Below, piece after piece: positions 39,033-49,086 of a stretch of 64,000 bases of DNA. Each line of letters starts with the position of its first letter. Positions within the stretch are counted from its first letter, which is position 1. The stretch spans positions 640,001 through 704,000 of the forward strand of contig CAVXGK010000001.1 in the NCBI GenBank assembly GCA_963761305.1, given 5' to 3'. The notes under the pieces were generated by a model. It saw only the letters and a program-made list of their open reading frames with translations. It was not told the origin of the DNA and did not search any database. Made by a program: the position numbers and the translations under genes. The stretch comes from an uncultured Gemmatimonadaceae bacterium. Its GTDB lineage: Bacteria; Gemmatimonadota; Gemmatimonadetes; Gemmatimonadales; Gemmatimonadaceae.

Positions 39033-40556
39033 CTACTTCGCGAGTAGGCGATCCGTGAGCGCGTCGACGATGCGCTTCACGTCGGCGTTGTCGTCGGTCG
39101 TCAACACGACGATGGTCGCGTGCCGGTCGGGCAGGCGCACGAACGCCGAGCGCTTGCCTCCGGCCACCGCAAACGCCGAAAGACGAGCCGCACCGGCACG
39201 GTTGTCGGTCTCCCAGCCGGCTGAGAGATCCACCGTGTGCGACGCGCCGCCGTCGCCCGTCGTCGTGTCGCGCGCGAACGTTCGAGGATTCTCATAGCCG
39301 AGCGATACGCGATAGAGCTCGTCGGCATCCGATTGAACCTGGCCGTCGCGGCCTATCGTCGTCTTGTGCAGGCCGACGGGTGTCGCGAACCGGCGCGTGA
39401 AACAGTTCTGAAGCGCCGTCGGCGGCGTCTGATTCGCCGCGCCACCGCGCCCGCCGCGTCCGCGATTGCCCGAATCGGCCGGCATCTGCGCGCATAGCGC
39501 CGTGAACACGCGCGCAATCTCGCCGAGCTGGAACTGTGGCACCGTCGTCGTCGGCATGTACTTGGCCTGATCCGCGATCCCGTACGATCGGTCGACGAAT
39601 ACCTTGCCGTCCTGGGCGACCAGCACCGTCGCGCCCCCCGCGGACGGATCGGCGAACGGCTTGAACAGCGAGTCGATGAAGGCGACCGACAACTTCGATT
39701 CGCTCGCCGCACGATGCATCACTTGCCGCGTCGCGAGGTTGTAGCGATCGCCCGGATACAGCGTGAGGAACGGCTTGCCTCGATCTGTCGCGTCCTTACC
39801 GCCATAGACGAACGCCTTGTCGCGTCCGATGATCGTCGCCGTGTCGCCCCTCACGACCCACGCCGTGCCTTCGTCCTCCGACATACCGAGGAGGTTCGGG
39901 TACTTCGGCATGATCGAGTCGGCGAGATCGGCGAGACGCTCGCGCGCGACCACGTGCTGGTCGATCCCGACGCCGCGAAGGAATGCGAAACCCTTCTCGT
40001 AACCGGGAGAATCCATGACGAAGTTGTCGTTCGACGGCGCGCCGCGGACGAGGAAATCGCCGAGGATCGATGCGCCCGCCGACGATCCGCCGATGACGCC
40101 GCCGCGCGCGAGCACGTCGTGGAAGCCGGCCTCCGTCTTCGTACCGGCGTACGAGTCGACGAGGTGAAACTGGCGCCCACCCTCGAACCACACACCGCCT
40201 GCCTTCTTCAAGATCGCGGCAAAGCTGTCGGAGTCGGCGAGCTTCTTGTTGTTCGTGTGCAGCACGTAGACGTTCTTCGCGCCCGCCTGCTTCCAACCTC
40301 GAGTTCCCGGCGCGTCCTGCGTGTACGCCGTGTCCCCTCCGGCCGTCGGAACATCCACGATCAAGGCGTCAGGTCCGCCCGCCGCTTTGATGAACGCCGA
40401 ATAGACCTCGGGCCCCATGGCCCCGCCGCCGACGACGATGACCGTGCCGTGCTCCGGACCGACACGCGTCGTCGAGCCCTGTTGAGAAGGCGATCGGCCC
40501 TGCGCGACAAGCGCGGCCGGAATCACTACGAGCGAGAACGAGATCAAGCGGCGCAT
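39033..40556 (-). CDS. Cyanophycinase (S51)-like peptidase fused to a degenerate beta-lactamase-like domain
   Basis: Motifs VVGGG, PTA, GGRQ, GSSAGA and IDQH; C-terminal GATVLVAQDGKV..FQLGEIARVFT. Confidence 0.82.
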   Translation of the reverse strand: MRRLISFSLVVIPAALVAQGRSPSQQGSTTRVGPEHGTVIVVGGGAMGPEVYSAFIKAAGGPDALIVDVPTAGGDTAYTQDAPGTRGWKQAGAKNVYVLHTNNKKLADSDSFAAILKKAGGVWFEGGRQFHLVDSYAGTKTEAGFHDVLARGGVIGGSSAGASILGDFLVRGAPSNDNFVMDSPGYEKGFAFLRGVGIDQHVVARERLADLADSIMPKYPNLLGMSEDEGTAWVVRGDTATIIGRDKAFVYGGKDATDRGKPFLTLYPGDRYNLATRQVMHRAASESKLSVAFIDSLFKPFADPSAGGATVLVAQDGKVFVDRSYGIADQAKYMPTTTVPQFQLGEIARVFTALCAQMPADSGNRGRGGRGGAANQTPPTALQNCFTRRFATPVGLHKTTIGRDGQVQSDADELYRVSLGYENPRTFARDTTTGDGGASHTVDLSAGWETDNRAGAARLSAFAVAGGKRSAFVRLPDRHATIVVLTTDDNADVKRIVDALTDRLLAK

Positions 40557-40664
40557 GGAGCTCCTCGGCTATCGAATTTCGGAAAATGAAGATACACGGC
40601 AGTCGCCCCACCGCGATTTCGAGCGGGTTTTGCCCGACGGGGCGACGACCGTTTGATTTACGGA

Positions 40665-41765
40665 ATGCCTCGCTACCTCGTTTACGCGCAGGATCAGTTC
40701 GGTACCCCTTCGGCCAAGACCGCGCACTCGGTGATCCGTTATTCGGCCGCCCACGTGGCTGCCGTGCTCGACCGCAGCCGCGCCGGGGCGCGTGTTCACG
40801 ACGTGCTCGGATTTGGGGGTGCCATCCCGATCGTCGATACGGTCGCCGACGGTGTGATTTGCGGCGCGGACGCCCTGCTGGTGGGGATCGCGCTCGTGGG
40901 CGACGGCCTGCCTGCTGAGCTTCGCCTCGCGATCGCGCAGGCGATGGAGCACCGCCTGGAGATCTGGAACGGGCTTCACGGGTTCGTGTCCGACGACCCG
41001 GAGCTCGGCCCGCTCGCCGCGCGTCTTGGGGTTCGGGTGCACGACGTCCGACGTCCGCCCGAGGACTTGCCGGTGGGAGCGGGCCGGGTTCGAGAGCTCG
41101 ACCAGACCGTCGTGCTGGCGGTGGGGACCGACGCCAACATCGGCAAGATGACGGTGATGCTTCAGTTGCGCGACGTGCTCGCGTCGCGGGGCGTGCGCGC
41201 CGCATTCGCGCCAACCGGCCAGACGGGGATCTTCATCGAGGGTTGGGGCATTTGTGTCGACGCGGTGATCGCCGATTTCATCGCCGGCGCGGCGGAGGCG
41301 GTGACGATTCGTGCCGCTCGCGACGCCGACATCATTCTCGTCGAAGGTCAGGGCTCCATTCTCCATCCAGGCTACTCGGGCGTGTCACTCGGGCTCCTTC
41401 ACGGCAGCCTGCCGCACGCTCTGATCGCGTGTCACCAGCCAAGTCGCACGACGTTCCGGCACAACCCGTGGCTGTCGATTCCGCCGCTCACGTCGGTAAT
41501 CGCGCTGCACGAAGCCATCGCGAACCCGCTGCGACGGACGAAGACGATCGGGATTTCGCTGAACACGGCCGACCTGAGCGACCGCGACGCTCGCGCGGCG
41601 ATCGATCGGGCGTCGGCTGAGACCGGCCTTCCCGCCGTGGATCCAGTGCGCTTCGATCCCGCGCCCCTCGTGGACGCGGTCATCGCGTTCGACACACAGC
41701 GTCGGGCCGGCCAGCCGCCCTCGCAAAGCAACGGCGCGCATGGCGCGAAGCGAGTCGTCTCTTGA
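40665..41765 (+). CDS. DUF1611 domain protein (DgcN-like P-loop protein)
   Basis: Motifs AKTA, NGLH, VGTDANIGKMT, TGQTG, DFIAGAAE and VEGQGS. Confidence 0.88.
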   Translation: MPRYLVYAQDQFGTPSAKTAHSVIRYSAAHVAAVLDRSRAGARVHDVLGFGGAIPIVDTVADGVICGADALLVGIALVGDGLPAELRLAIAQAMEHRLEIWNGLHGFVSDDPELGPLAARLGVRVHDVRRPPEDLPVGAGRVRELDQTVVLAVGTDANIGKMTVMLQLRDVLASRGVRAAFAPTGQTGIFIEGWGICVDAVIADFIAGAAEAVTIRAARDADIILVEGQGSILHPGYSGVSLGLLHGSLPHALIACHQPSRTTFRHNPWLSIPPLTSVIALHEAIANPLRRTKTIGISLNTADLSDRDARAAIDRASAETGLPAVDPVRFDPAPLVDAVIAFDTQRRAGQPPSQSNGAHGAKRVVS

Positions 41766-42379
41766 ACAACGCTCGCCGTTTTGTGCTCATCGCCGCGTGC
41801 GTGTTCGGGGCATCGTGTGGCCATCGCGACTCACTGGCCGGTCTTCACGGCGTGCTGCTCACGCCGCCGCAGGCCAAGCCTGACTTCGTGTTGACCGATA
41901 CACAAGGCCGCCCCTTCGACTTCCGCACCGAGACCCGCGGCGTGGCCACGCTGCTCTACTTCGGCTACACGAACTGTCCGGATGTTTGTCCGACGCACAT
42001 GGCGAACATCGCCGCCGCGCTGCGACGGCTTCCGGCCGCTGATCAAGCTCGCGTGCGGGTGGTGTTCGTGACGACGGACCCCGCCCGCGACACCGCCGCG
42101 CGCCTCCGCGGCTGGCTGAACAACTTCGACAGGCGCTTCGTGGGGCTCAGCGGCTCAGCCGACTCGGTGAATGCGATTCAGCAGCGGCTCGGTCTTCCGC
42201 CGGCGACGATGGAGATGATCGATGCCAAGGGGAGCGGCCCGCGCGCCGCCTACGGAATGGGCCACGCCGCTCAGGTCCTCGCGTTCACCCCCGACGACAG
42301 TCTCCGCGCCGAATACCCGAACGGGTTCAACGTCGACGATTGGGCAAACGACATTCCAAAACTCATAAGGCGGCGGTAA
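41762..42379 (+). CDS. SCO1/SenC family copper chaperone lipoprotein
   Basis: FGYTNCPDVCP, DPARD and conserved His (MGH); lipobox GASC. Confidence 0.92.
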   Translation: MNNARRFVLIAACVFGASCGHRDSLAGLHGVLLTPPQAKPDFVLTDTQGRPFDFRTETRGVATLLYFGYTNCPDVCPTHMANIAAALRRLPAADQARVRVVFVTTDPARDTAARLRGWLNNFDRRFVGLSGSADSVNAIQQRLGLPPATMEMIDAKGSGPRAAYGMGHAAQVLAFTPDDSLRAEYPNGFNVDDWANDIPKLIRRR

Positions 42380-43376
42380 GAGACGCCAGGAGCGCGAAGG
42401 TCGCGAGCCAGTGCTCTCCCGCGTAGTCTCCCGCGACGTGCGGCAGGCTGGCTGCCATGTGCCGCTCGGCCGTCTCGAGCGCGAGGGTGCGGCGTGGATC
42501 GTCGGCGGGCCATCGCGCGGCGAGACTTCTCCAGCACCACGCTCGGCTCAGATTGAGGCCGTCGAGATGCGCGATCTTGCCGTCGGACCGGTCACTGACG
42601 CTCGCGGGCTCGAACAGGGTGCGCGGATGACGATTCGCGATGCGCGGAAGAAAGCGGTCCATCCATCCGGTCCACTCCGAGCGCGGCATCAAGCGGCCCA
42701 TACACTCGGCCTCGATCAGCGCCGACGACAGAAAGTCGTCGCCGCCGGGCTCCCACGCCTGGCAGTCGGCATCCTCGCCGTACCAGACGAGGGCGCGATC
42801 GCGCAGCAGCGACATGAGCGAGTCATCGCGCACGACCTCCGCGTACTCGTGCGCCAGCGCCATCGCGAACGCCGTGTTGAAGTGCGTGCCGACGCGAATC
42901 GGGTACGTCGCTCGCGGCAGAAACGCACGAAAGCGATCGGCAAAAGCGCGCCCCAAGGGCGCGATCGCCTCGGACCAGCGGCGACCGCTCGGCGTCTCGT
43001 GTCGCCGAAGTTCGGCGGTGAGCATCAGCAGCCATGCCCAGCCGTACGGTCGCTCGAAGGTGCCTCGAGCGGGATCGCGCAGGTAGTCCGCTTCGCCGGC
43101 GACGGTTTCCAGCGTGAGCCGCCGGTCGAAAAGCGACTCGATGAGGCGGCGTCCCTTCAGATCCGGGAAGAGTCGCAGCACCGTCGCGAGCAGCCAGTAT
43201 CCGTGAACGTTCGAGTGCCAGTCGAAGCTGCCGTAGAAGACGGGATGAAGGTCGCGCGGCGAGCGCACATCGTCCGCACTGCGGAGCACGTGGTCGAGCT
43301 TGTTCGGATATTCGCGCTCGACATGCGCGAGGGCGATGCTCGCGAAGCCCGACGCGGTGGATCGGTCGAGAGTCAT
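42363..43376 (-). CDS. DUF2891 family protein
   Basis: Motifs REYPNK, HPVFYGSFDWHS, FERPYGWAW, HLDGLNLSRAW and GEHWLATF. Confidence 0.88.
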   Translation of the reverse strand: MTLDRSTASGFASIALAHVEREYPNKLDHVLRSADDVRSPRDLHPVFYGSFDWHSNVHGYWLLATVLRLFPDLKGRRLIESLFDRRLTLETVAGEADYLRDPARGTFERPYGWAWLLMLTAELRRHETPSGRRWSEAIAPLGRAFADRFRAFLPRATYPIRVGTHFNTAFAMALAHEYAEVVRDDSLMSLLRDRALVWYGEDADCQAWEPGGDDFLSSALIEAECMGRLMPRSEWTGWMDRFLPRIANRHPRTLFEPASVSDRSDGKIAHLDGLNLSRAWCWRSLAARWPADDPRRTLALETAERHMAASLPHVAGDYAGEHWLATFALLASLTAAL

Positions 43377-44326
43377 CGGAACACGAAGGCGTACATGATT
43401 GCGGTGTTGGCGGCGAGCAGCAGCAGCGCCGTGGGAATCTGCACTTTGATCACCGCGTGCTGATCGGGCAGTTCGAGCAGCGCGACGGGGACGATGTTGA
43501 AGTTGGCGGCCATCGGCGTGGTGAGCGTCCCGCAAAATCCCGAGAGCATGCCGACGGCCGCCATCACGACGACGTCGCCGCCAAAGCGGTGTACGATGAG
43601 CGGCAGGCCGATGCCGGCGGTCATCACCGGAAATGCCGCGAACGCGTTCCCCATGATGGCCGTGAAGACCGCCATGCCGATTGTATACGTCGCGACGACG
43701 ACGAGCGGTGAATTCAGGGGAATCCATCGCTCGATCAGCTTGGCGACGATCGGGCCGACACCGGCCAGCGCGAACATCGCGCCGAGGGCGGCGAGCATCT
43801 GCGGCAGCACGGCCGCCCAACTCACCGCGTCCAACAGACGTCGTGCTTCGACGATCGGCACCGACAGCCTCGGGCGGATCATCGCCATGCCGACCACCAG
43901 CGCCGCGAGGATGCCGAGCGCCAGCGCGACGAGCGTGACCTGGCGCGCGTCGACGAGCGGATTCCGGTGCCACGTCAGCCCCTTGAGACCGAACGTTCCG
44001 GCCAACGCGATCGCCGGGATCGTCAGCGCCGGAATGAACAGACGATTTCCCCAGTGGCGGGCGCTCGCCTCGCGCTCCGCCGGACCGGCCGCCTCGGTCG
44101 GTGGCGCGCCGAGTCCTCGGAACGCCGCGACGAAAACCATCAACAGCACGAGCACACCGTTCACCACGTCGGGTAGTTTCGTTCCGACGAGAAACGTGAT
44201 CGCGTAGGCGCCCCAGAAGACGGCGTTGCTGAATCGTCGCCGGCTCGCGCGATCCCGCGCGCAGACGACTGCCACGCCGGCAAGCATCGCGCCCATCAGC
44301 ACGTACACGAACTCGAGCGAAATCAC
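43373..44326 (-). CDS. DUF979 membrane protein (putative 5-oxoproline transporter subunit)
   Basis: Motifs LPQMLAALG, MGNAFAAFPV and GFCGTLTTPMAANFNIVP. Confidence 0.88.
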   Translation of the reverse strand: MISLEFVYVLMGAMLAGVAVVCARDRASRRRFSNAVFWGAYAITFLVGTKLPDVVNGVLVLLMVFVAAFRGLGAPPTEAAGPAEREASARHWGNRLFIPALTIPAIALAGTFGLKGLTWHRNPLVDARQVTLVALALGILAALVVGMAMIRPRLSVPIVEARRLLDAVSWAAVLPQMLAALGAMFALAGVGPIVAKLIERWIPLNSPLVVVATYTIGMAVFTAIMGNAFAAFPVMTAGIGLPLIVHRFGGDVVVMAAVGMLSGFCGTLTTPMAANFNIVPVALLELPDQHAVIKVQIPTALLLLAANTAIMYAFVFR

Positions 44327-45015
44327 GTCGGCGTTTCACCGGTCGCGTCGCGCGCCGCATCACGATTCAGCGAGCGATCGAACAGGAGAAGGCGCGCGCC
44401 GTGAATCACGAAGGCGCAGATCGCCGTGGGAACCGCCCACGCGGCGAGACTCGTCGCTTGCACGTGAACGCTGTTCTGCTCGAGATAGCTGCGAATCAGC
44501 AGAATCGACCCGATGGCGATGAAGATGTCCTCGCCGAAGAACACGCCGATGTTGTCGGCGGCGGCGGCGTGCGCGCGAATGCGGTTGCGCGTTCTATCCG
44601 ACAGCACGCCGAAACGGTTCTCGGCCGCGGCCTCGCTCATCGGCGCGATGAGCGGCCGCACCATCTGCGCATGTCCGCCGAGCGACGTGAGGCCGAGCGC
44701 CGCCGTGATCTGCCGCAGCGCGAGATAGGCGAGCAGCAAGCGCCCCGTCGTCGCGACCTTCATGCGCGAGATGAGTGCGCGCGCCTGCTCCTTGAGCCCG
44801 GCGCGCTCCAGCATTCCGATGACCGGAAGCGCCAACCACACGATCGCCACCGAGCGACTGTCGACGAACGCCTTGCCGAACGCCGCGACGACTTCGACGA
44901 TCGACTTGTGGGCGGCAAGTCCGGTGGCGAGGGCCGCGACGGTGACGACGAGAACCGGGTTCACGCGAAGCGCGAACCCGGCGACGACGACCAGAATGCC
45001 GATGAGTGGAAGCAG
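44323..45015 (-). CDS. DUF969 membrane protein (putative 5-oxoproline transporter subunit)
   Basis: Motifs LERAGLKEQA, LGGHAQMVRPLIAPM and FFGEDIF. The family-like N-terminus extends to CTG 45015; the first canonical start is GTG 44964. Confidence 0.85.
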   Translation of the reverse strand: MLPLIGILVVVAGFALRVNPVLVVTVAALATGLAAHKSIVEVVAAFGKAFVDSRSVAIVWLALPVIGMLERAGLKEQARALISRMKVATTGRLLLAYLALRQITAALGLTSLGGHAQMVRPLIAPMSEAAAENRFGVLSDRTRNRIRAHAAAADNIGVFFGEDIFIAIGSILLIRSYLEQNSVHVQATSLAAWAVPTAICAFVIHGARLLLFDRSLNRDAARDATGETPT

Positions 45016-45071
45016 GCGGCGCGCGGAAGAAGACGCCTGAAGCTACGCGTCCCCCGCGCGACGCACTACGG

Positions 45072-46016
45072 CTACATCTGCTCGATCGAGTAGCCTTTCG
45101 CCTTCAACATCGCGACGACGCCCTGCTTGCCGACGAGGTGGCCGGCGCCGACGACGACGAGCGCATCGTCGCGTCCCCGAATCATCGCTTCGATTTTTGG
45201 TACCCAAGCGCGGTTCCGGCTGCCGATCATCGCGTCGTACAACGCGGACGCATCGCCCAGCTGAGAGTTGAGCAGACTGTCCAGACCCGCCGCGTCACCG
45301 TGACTCCAGGCGTCGCGAATCGCCGCGAGCTGCTTGGCGGCGACGTCGGGGGCGTCGCTCTGGAGGAGCATGCGTTCCTGATCGGCCGGCGCCAACCCGT
45401 CGAGCAAGCCCAGTTGAAAGTCGACGCTCTCGAGGCCGAGCACCGGTTTCGCGGCCTGTTTTGCACGCGAATTCAGCTGCATGTCGACGCCGTACTGCGA
45501 TTGGAAGTTCAGTTTCTGCATCGCCACCTGCGCCATGAGCATCGACACGAGCCACGGCTTGAAGCCGTTCACCTGATCGATCGACAGGCCGTACATGTGT
45601 AGCACGGAGTCGACCTTGGCCGCGGCGGCCGGCGACAACGAGCCGCGCAGCGTCTTGCCGTCGGCGAATCGTCCGCGCGCCAACAGCTCCGGACCGCGCA
45701 TCATCGCCGAGTCGAGACTCGTCTCGAGCGTGAGCGACCGCGCGTGCGCGAACGCCGAATCGACTTCGGGCGGAAGCGTCGCCGCGTCAGCCGACAGCAG
45801 GTGAACGGACCCGAGCAGATAGACCGTGGCGCCCTCCGGACCGCGCACTCGATAGAGAATGTGCTTGGACGCCGGCGACGCGATGGCCGGCGAACCGTGA
45901 CCGGTGGCGACCGCGGACGCGACCTGTGCGTTCGAAGCCTGCGAGACGCCAGCGAGGGCCGCGCCGCTCGTGAGAGCGAGCCTGACCAGGATTCTTATGG
46001 TATTCATGGTATTCAT
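45072..46016 (-). CDS. TraB/GumN family protein
   Basis: Motifs YLLGSVH, KPW, GVD, GLES..Q, RNRAW and VVGAGHL; signal peptide. Confidence 0.9.
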   Translation of the reverse strand: MNTMNTIRILVRLALTSGAALAGVSQASNAQVASAVATGHGSPAIASPASKHILYRVRGPEGATVYLLGSVHLLSADAATLPPEVDSAFAHARSLTLETSLDSAMMRGPELLARGRFADGKTLRGSLSPAAAAKVDSVLHMYGLSIDQVNGFKPWLVSMLMAQVAMQKLNFQSQYGVDMQLNSRAKQAAKPVLGLESVDFQLGLLDGLAPADQERMLLQSDAPDVAAKQLAAIRDAWSHGDAAGLDSLLNSQLGDASALYDAMIGSRNRAWVPKIEAMIRGRDDALVVVGAGHLVGKQGVVAMLKAKGYSIEQM

Positions 46017-46121
46017 GGACGATGCGCCGCCGCGGGCGGTTACGGCGCGGACGGGCATGCTGCGGCGCGACCGTCAGGCGGGCGTCATGCCGGCACAACT
46101 GTTACAAATTGTGCCAGTGCC

Positions 46122-47849
46122 CTACTTCGCTTTGATCTTCGCCCAGGTATCGCGCAGCGTGACCGTCCGATTGAACACCAGCGCGCCGGCTGACGAATCG
46201 GGGTCCATCGCGAAGTAGCCCGTTCGCTCGAACTGATAGCGCGACTCGGCCGGATCCTGCGCCACGCTTGGCTCGATCTTAGCGCCTCGAACGACGACGA
46301 GCGACTCGCGGTTCACGACGCTGAGAAAATCCTTGCCTTCCTCGACGTCGTCCGGATCGGGAACGGTGAACAGCTTGTCGTACAGACGGAGCTCACAGTC
46401 GAGCGCGTGCGCGGCCGACGCCCAGTGGATTGTCCCCTGCACTTTGCGGCCGTCCGGCGCGTCGCCGCCCTTCGTCGCCGGATCGTACGTGCAGCGCAGC
46501 TCGACGACGGCGCCCGACGCATCCTTGGTGACGTCGGTGCACGTCACGAAGTAGCCGTAACGCAGGCGAACCTCCCGGCCCGGCGCCAGCCGGAAGAATT
46601 TCTTCGGCGGGTCTTCCATGAAATCGTCGCGCTCGATGTACAGCTCGCGCGAGAACGGGATTCTCCGCGACCCGGTCTTCGGCACGTCGTGCGGATAATA
46701 CGACGCGTCGAGCCACTCGGTCTGTGCGTCCGGATAGTTCGTGATCACGACCTTGAGCGGATTCACGACGCACATCACGCGGGGCACGCGCATGTTGAGA
46801 TCGTCGCGCACGGCCGCTTCCAGCGTCGCGAGCTCGGTGCGTTGCGGTTTGCGGGTGACACCGGCGGTCTCGACGAATGCGCGCAATCCCTCGGGCGTCA
46901 CGCCGCGGCGGCGCAGACCGGAGATCGTCGGCATCCGCGGATCGTCCCATCCCGTCACGATGCCGTCGTTCACCAGGCGAAGCAGCTTGCGTTTGCTCAT
47001 GACCGTGTACTCGAGCGAGAGCCGCGAGAACTCCGTCTGTTCCGGCGGGCGCGCGAATCCGCACTCGTGCACCAGCCATTTGTAGATGTCGTTGTTGTCC
47101 TTGAACTCGAGCGAACAGAGCGAGTGCGTGATGTTCTCGATCGCGTCGGACAACGGGTGCGCGAAGTCGTAAAGCGGGTAGATGCACCACGCGTCGCCCT
47201 GACGATAGTGATGCGCGTGCTTGATGCGCAGCAGAATCGGATCGCGCATCAACATGTTCGGATGCGCCATGTCGATCTTGCCGCGGAGGACGTGCGCGCC
47301 GTCCGGAAACTCGCCGGCCTTCATGCGGCGGAGGAGGTCGAGATTCTCCTCGGCCGACCGGTTCCGGTGCGGGCTGTTGGTGCCCGGCGTGGTGACCGTG
47401 CCCCGCGTCTCGCGAATCTCGACGTCGCTCTGCGAATCGACGTACGCGCTGCCCTTCTTCACGAGCAGCTCACCGAACTGATACAGCTCCTCGAAATAGT
47501 CGCTGGCGTAGAGCTCCGCGTCCCACTCGAAACCGAGCCATCGGATGTCGTTCTTGAACGCTTCGACGTACTTGACGTCCTCGGCCGCCGGATTCGTGTC
47601 GTCGAACCGGAGATTGCACCGCCCGCCGAATTCGCGCGCCACGCCGAAGTTCACGCAGATCGCCTTGACGTGGCCGATGTGCGGAAAGCCGTTCGGCTCG
47701 GGCGGAAAGCGCGTCGCGATCCCGCGGCCGAACCGGTTGGTCGCCACGTCCTCGGCGACCATGTCGCGGATGAAATCGCGGCGCGGCGGAGCCGGCGGCG
47801 TCGGATGAACGTCGGCCGTTGGCGGCTGAGTAATCGGAGGGTTCGGCAC
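46122..47849 (-). CDS. glnS: Glutaminyl-tRNA synthetase
   Basis: Motifs TRFPPEPNG, HIGH, LRFDDTNP, MSKRKL, WDDPRMPT and YQFER. Start approximate. Confidence 0.96.
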   Translation of the reverse strand: MPNPPITQPPTADVHPTPPAPPRRDFIRDMVAEDVATNRFGRGIATRFPPEPNGFPHIGHVKAICVNFGVAREFGGRCNLRFDDTNPAAEDVKYVEAFKNDIRWLGFEWDAELYASDYFEELYQFGELLVKKGSAYVDSQSDVEIRETRGTVTTPGTNSPHRNRSAEENLDLLRRMKAGEFPDGAHVLRGKIDMAHPNMLMRDPILLRIKHAHHYRQGDAWCIYPLYDFAHPLSDAIENITHSLCSLEFKDNNDIYKWLVHECGFARPPEQTEFSRLSLEYTVMSKRKLLRLVNDGIVTGWDDPRMPTISGLRRRGVTPEGLRAFVETAGVTRKPQRTELATLEAAVRDDLNMRVPRVMCVVNPLKVVITNYPDAQTEWLDASYYPHDVPKTGSRRIPFSRELYIERDDFMEDPPKKFFRLAPGREVRLRYGYFVTCTDVTKDASGAVVELRCTYDPATKGGDAPDGRKVQGTIHWASAAHALDCELRLYDKLFTVPDPDDVEEGKDFLSVVNRESLVVVRGAKIEPSVAQDPAESRYQFERTGYFAMDPDSSAGALVFNRTVTLRDTWAKIKAK

Positions 47850-47946
47850 GACGGATCGGGGCGGTGGCGGCGTTCGCGCGAGGCGACGAAGGCGAACCCG
47901 AAAGATACAACCCGACTTCGCGGCGCCGTCGGCGGCGCCGTTCGAG

Positions 47947-49005
47947 CTACGCCTGGGGCAACTCGAGGCGGAACGAGAACCGCGTGCCCTCTTCGACCGC
48001 CGTGTCGACGAGCAGCGAGCTACCCATCTTCTCGAGCAGGTTGCGGCAGATGGCGAGCCCGAGTCCCGCGCTCGAGAAGCGCATGCCGACCGAGCCCGGT
48101 CGGAATCCGTCGAACAGCATCGCCAGGACATTGTCCGGAATGCCGCGGCCGGTGTCCTCGATCCAGAATTCCACCATGGTCGGCGAGTGCTCGGTGCAGC
48201 CGACCGATACCGAACCGTGCTCGGTGTAGCGCAGCGCGTTCGTGGACAAGTTCAACAGCACGCGGCTCAGCGCGGACGGATAGCCCTGCCGGCCGTCGAC
48301 CTGCGGGAACGTCGTGTTGAGCACGAGGTTCTTCTCTTCGGCGAGCGGGCGAACGATGGCACACACGCCGAGCAGAACTTCGGTGATCGAGAACGGCGTC
48401 CGCCGACCGTCGACCAGGCGATCGCCGTTGATGGCGTCCACGACGTCGGACGCGAGCGTGCTGAGGCCGAGCGCGGCGCCGTAGACGAGACCGAGCTGAC
48501 GCTCCTGCACCTGCGTCACCGTACCGCTCTGACCGCGGCGAATCGTGTCCACGAGGAAGAGGATCGAACCCAGCGGCGAGCGCATGTCGTGCGCCATTTC
48601 GACCACGGCGCGGAGCGCGTCCGGGCTCGACAGCCGCTCGGTGAATTCGTTGGCCACCGGCGGCGCTTGCCTGGACGCGAGCTCTTCGAGCGCCGAGAGA
48701 ACGCGCGCCAGGTCACGACCGTCGATCGGCGCCGTTTCAGCAGCAGCGCGCTGGAGAACCCGCGCGCGGAATGCGTTGATGTGATCGCGGCTCAGGCCCG
48801 AGACGAGGATCGACATGCCGTTGCCGGATTCGGTGCTGAGGCGCGCCGCGAGCTCGCGCAGCCGCAGGCGCAGCTCCGCCAACGCGGTGTCCGGCATCGG
48901 GCCAAGCTCCTCGACGGCGGCTTCGGCCGCGTTGGCGAGGAGCCAACGCAGCGGCGCAGCATCGACGCGGCCGCTGGCTTCCGGTCTGGAAACCGCCGCG
49001 CTCAA
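47947..49005 (-). CDS. Cytoplasmic sensor histidine kinase
   Basis: H-box AHDMRSPL, N-box NLSTNALRY, DTGRGI and GLGL; no TM segment. Start uncertain. Confidence 0.88.
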   Translation of the reverse strand: MSAAVSRPEASGRVDAAPLRWLLANAAEAAVEELGPMPDTALAELRLRLRELAARLSTESGNGMSILVSGLSRDHINAFRARVLQRAAAETAPIDGRDLARVLSALEELASRQAPPVANEFTERLSSPDALRAVVEMAHDMRSPLGSILFLVDTIRRGQSGTVTQVQERQLGLVYGAALGLSTLASDVVDAINGDRLVDGRRTPFSITEVLLGVCAIVRPLAEEKNLVLNTTFPQVDGRQGYPSALSRVLLNLSTNALRYTEHGSVSVGCTEHSPTMVEFWIEDTGRGIPDNVLAMLFDGFRPGSVGMRFSSAGLGLAICRNLLEKMGSSLLVDTAVEEGTRFSFRLELPQA

Positions 49006-49086
49006 GCCGGCATCCGCGTGTCGTGGCCCGCGAAGGCGTCGGGCGTGGGAACGGCTCTCACGAGAGATAGGTCAAGAACCTCTGTC

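Noticed and set aside
42363..44363. 666-aa ORF as a single protein
   Set aside because: The 5' half overlaps DUF979 in another frame; the real DUF2891 gene starts at ATG 43376.
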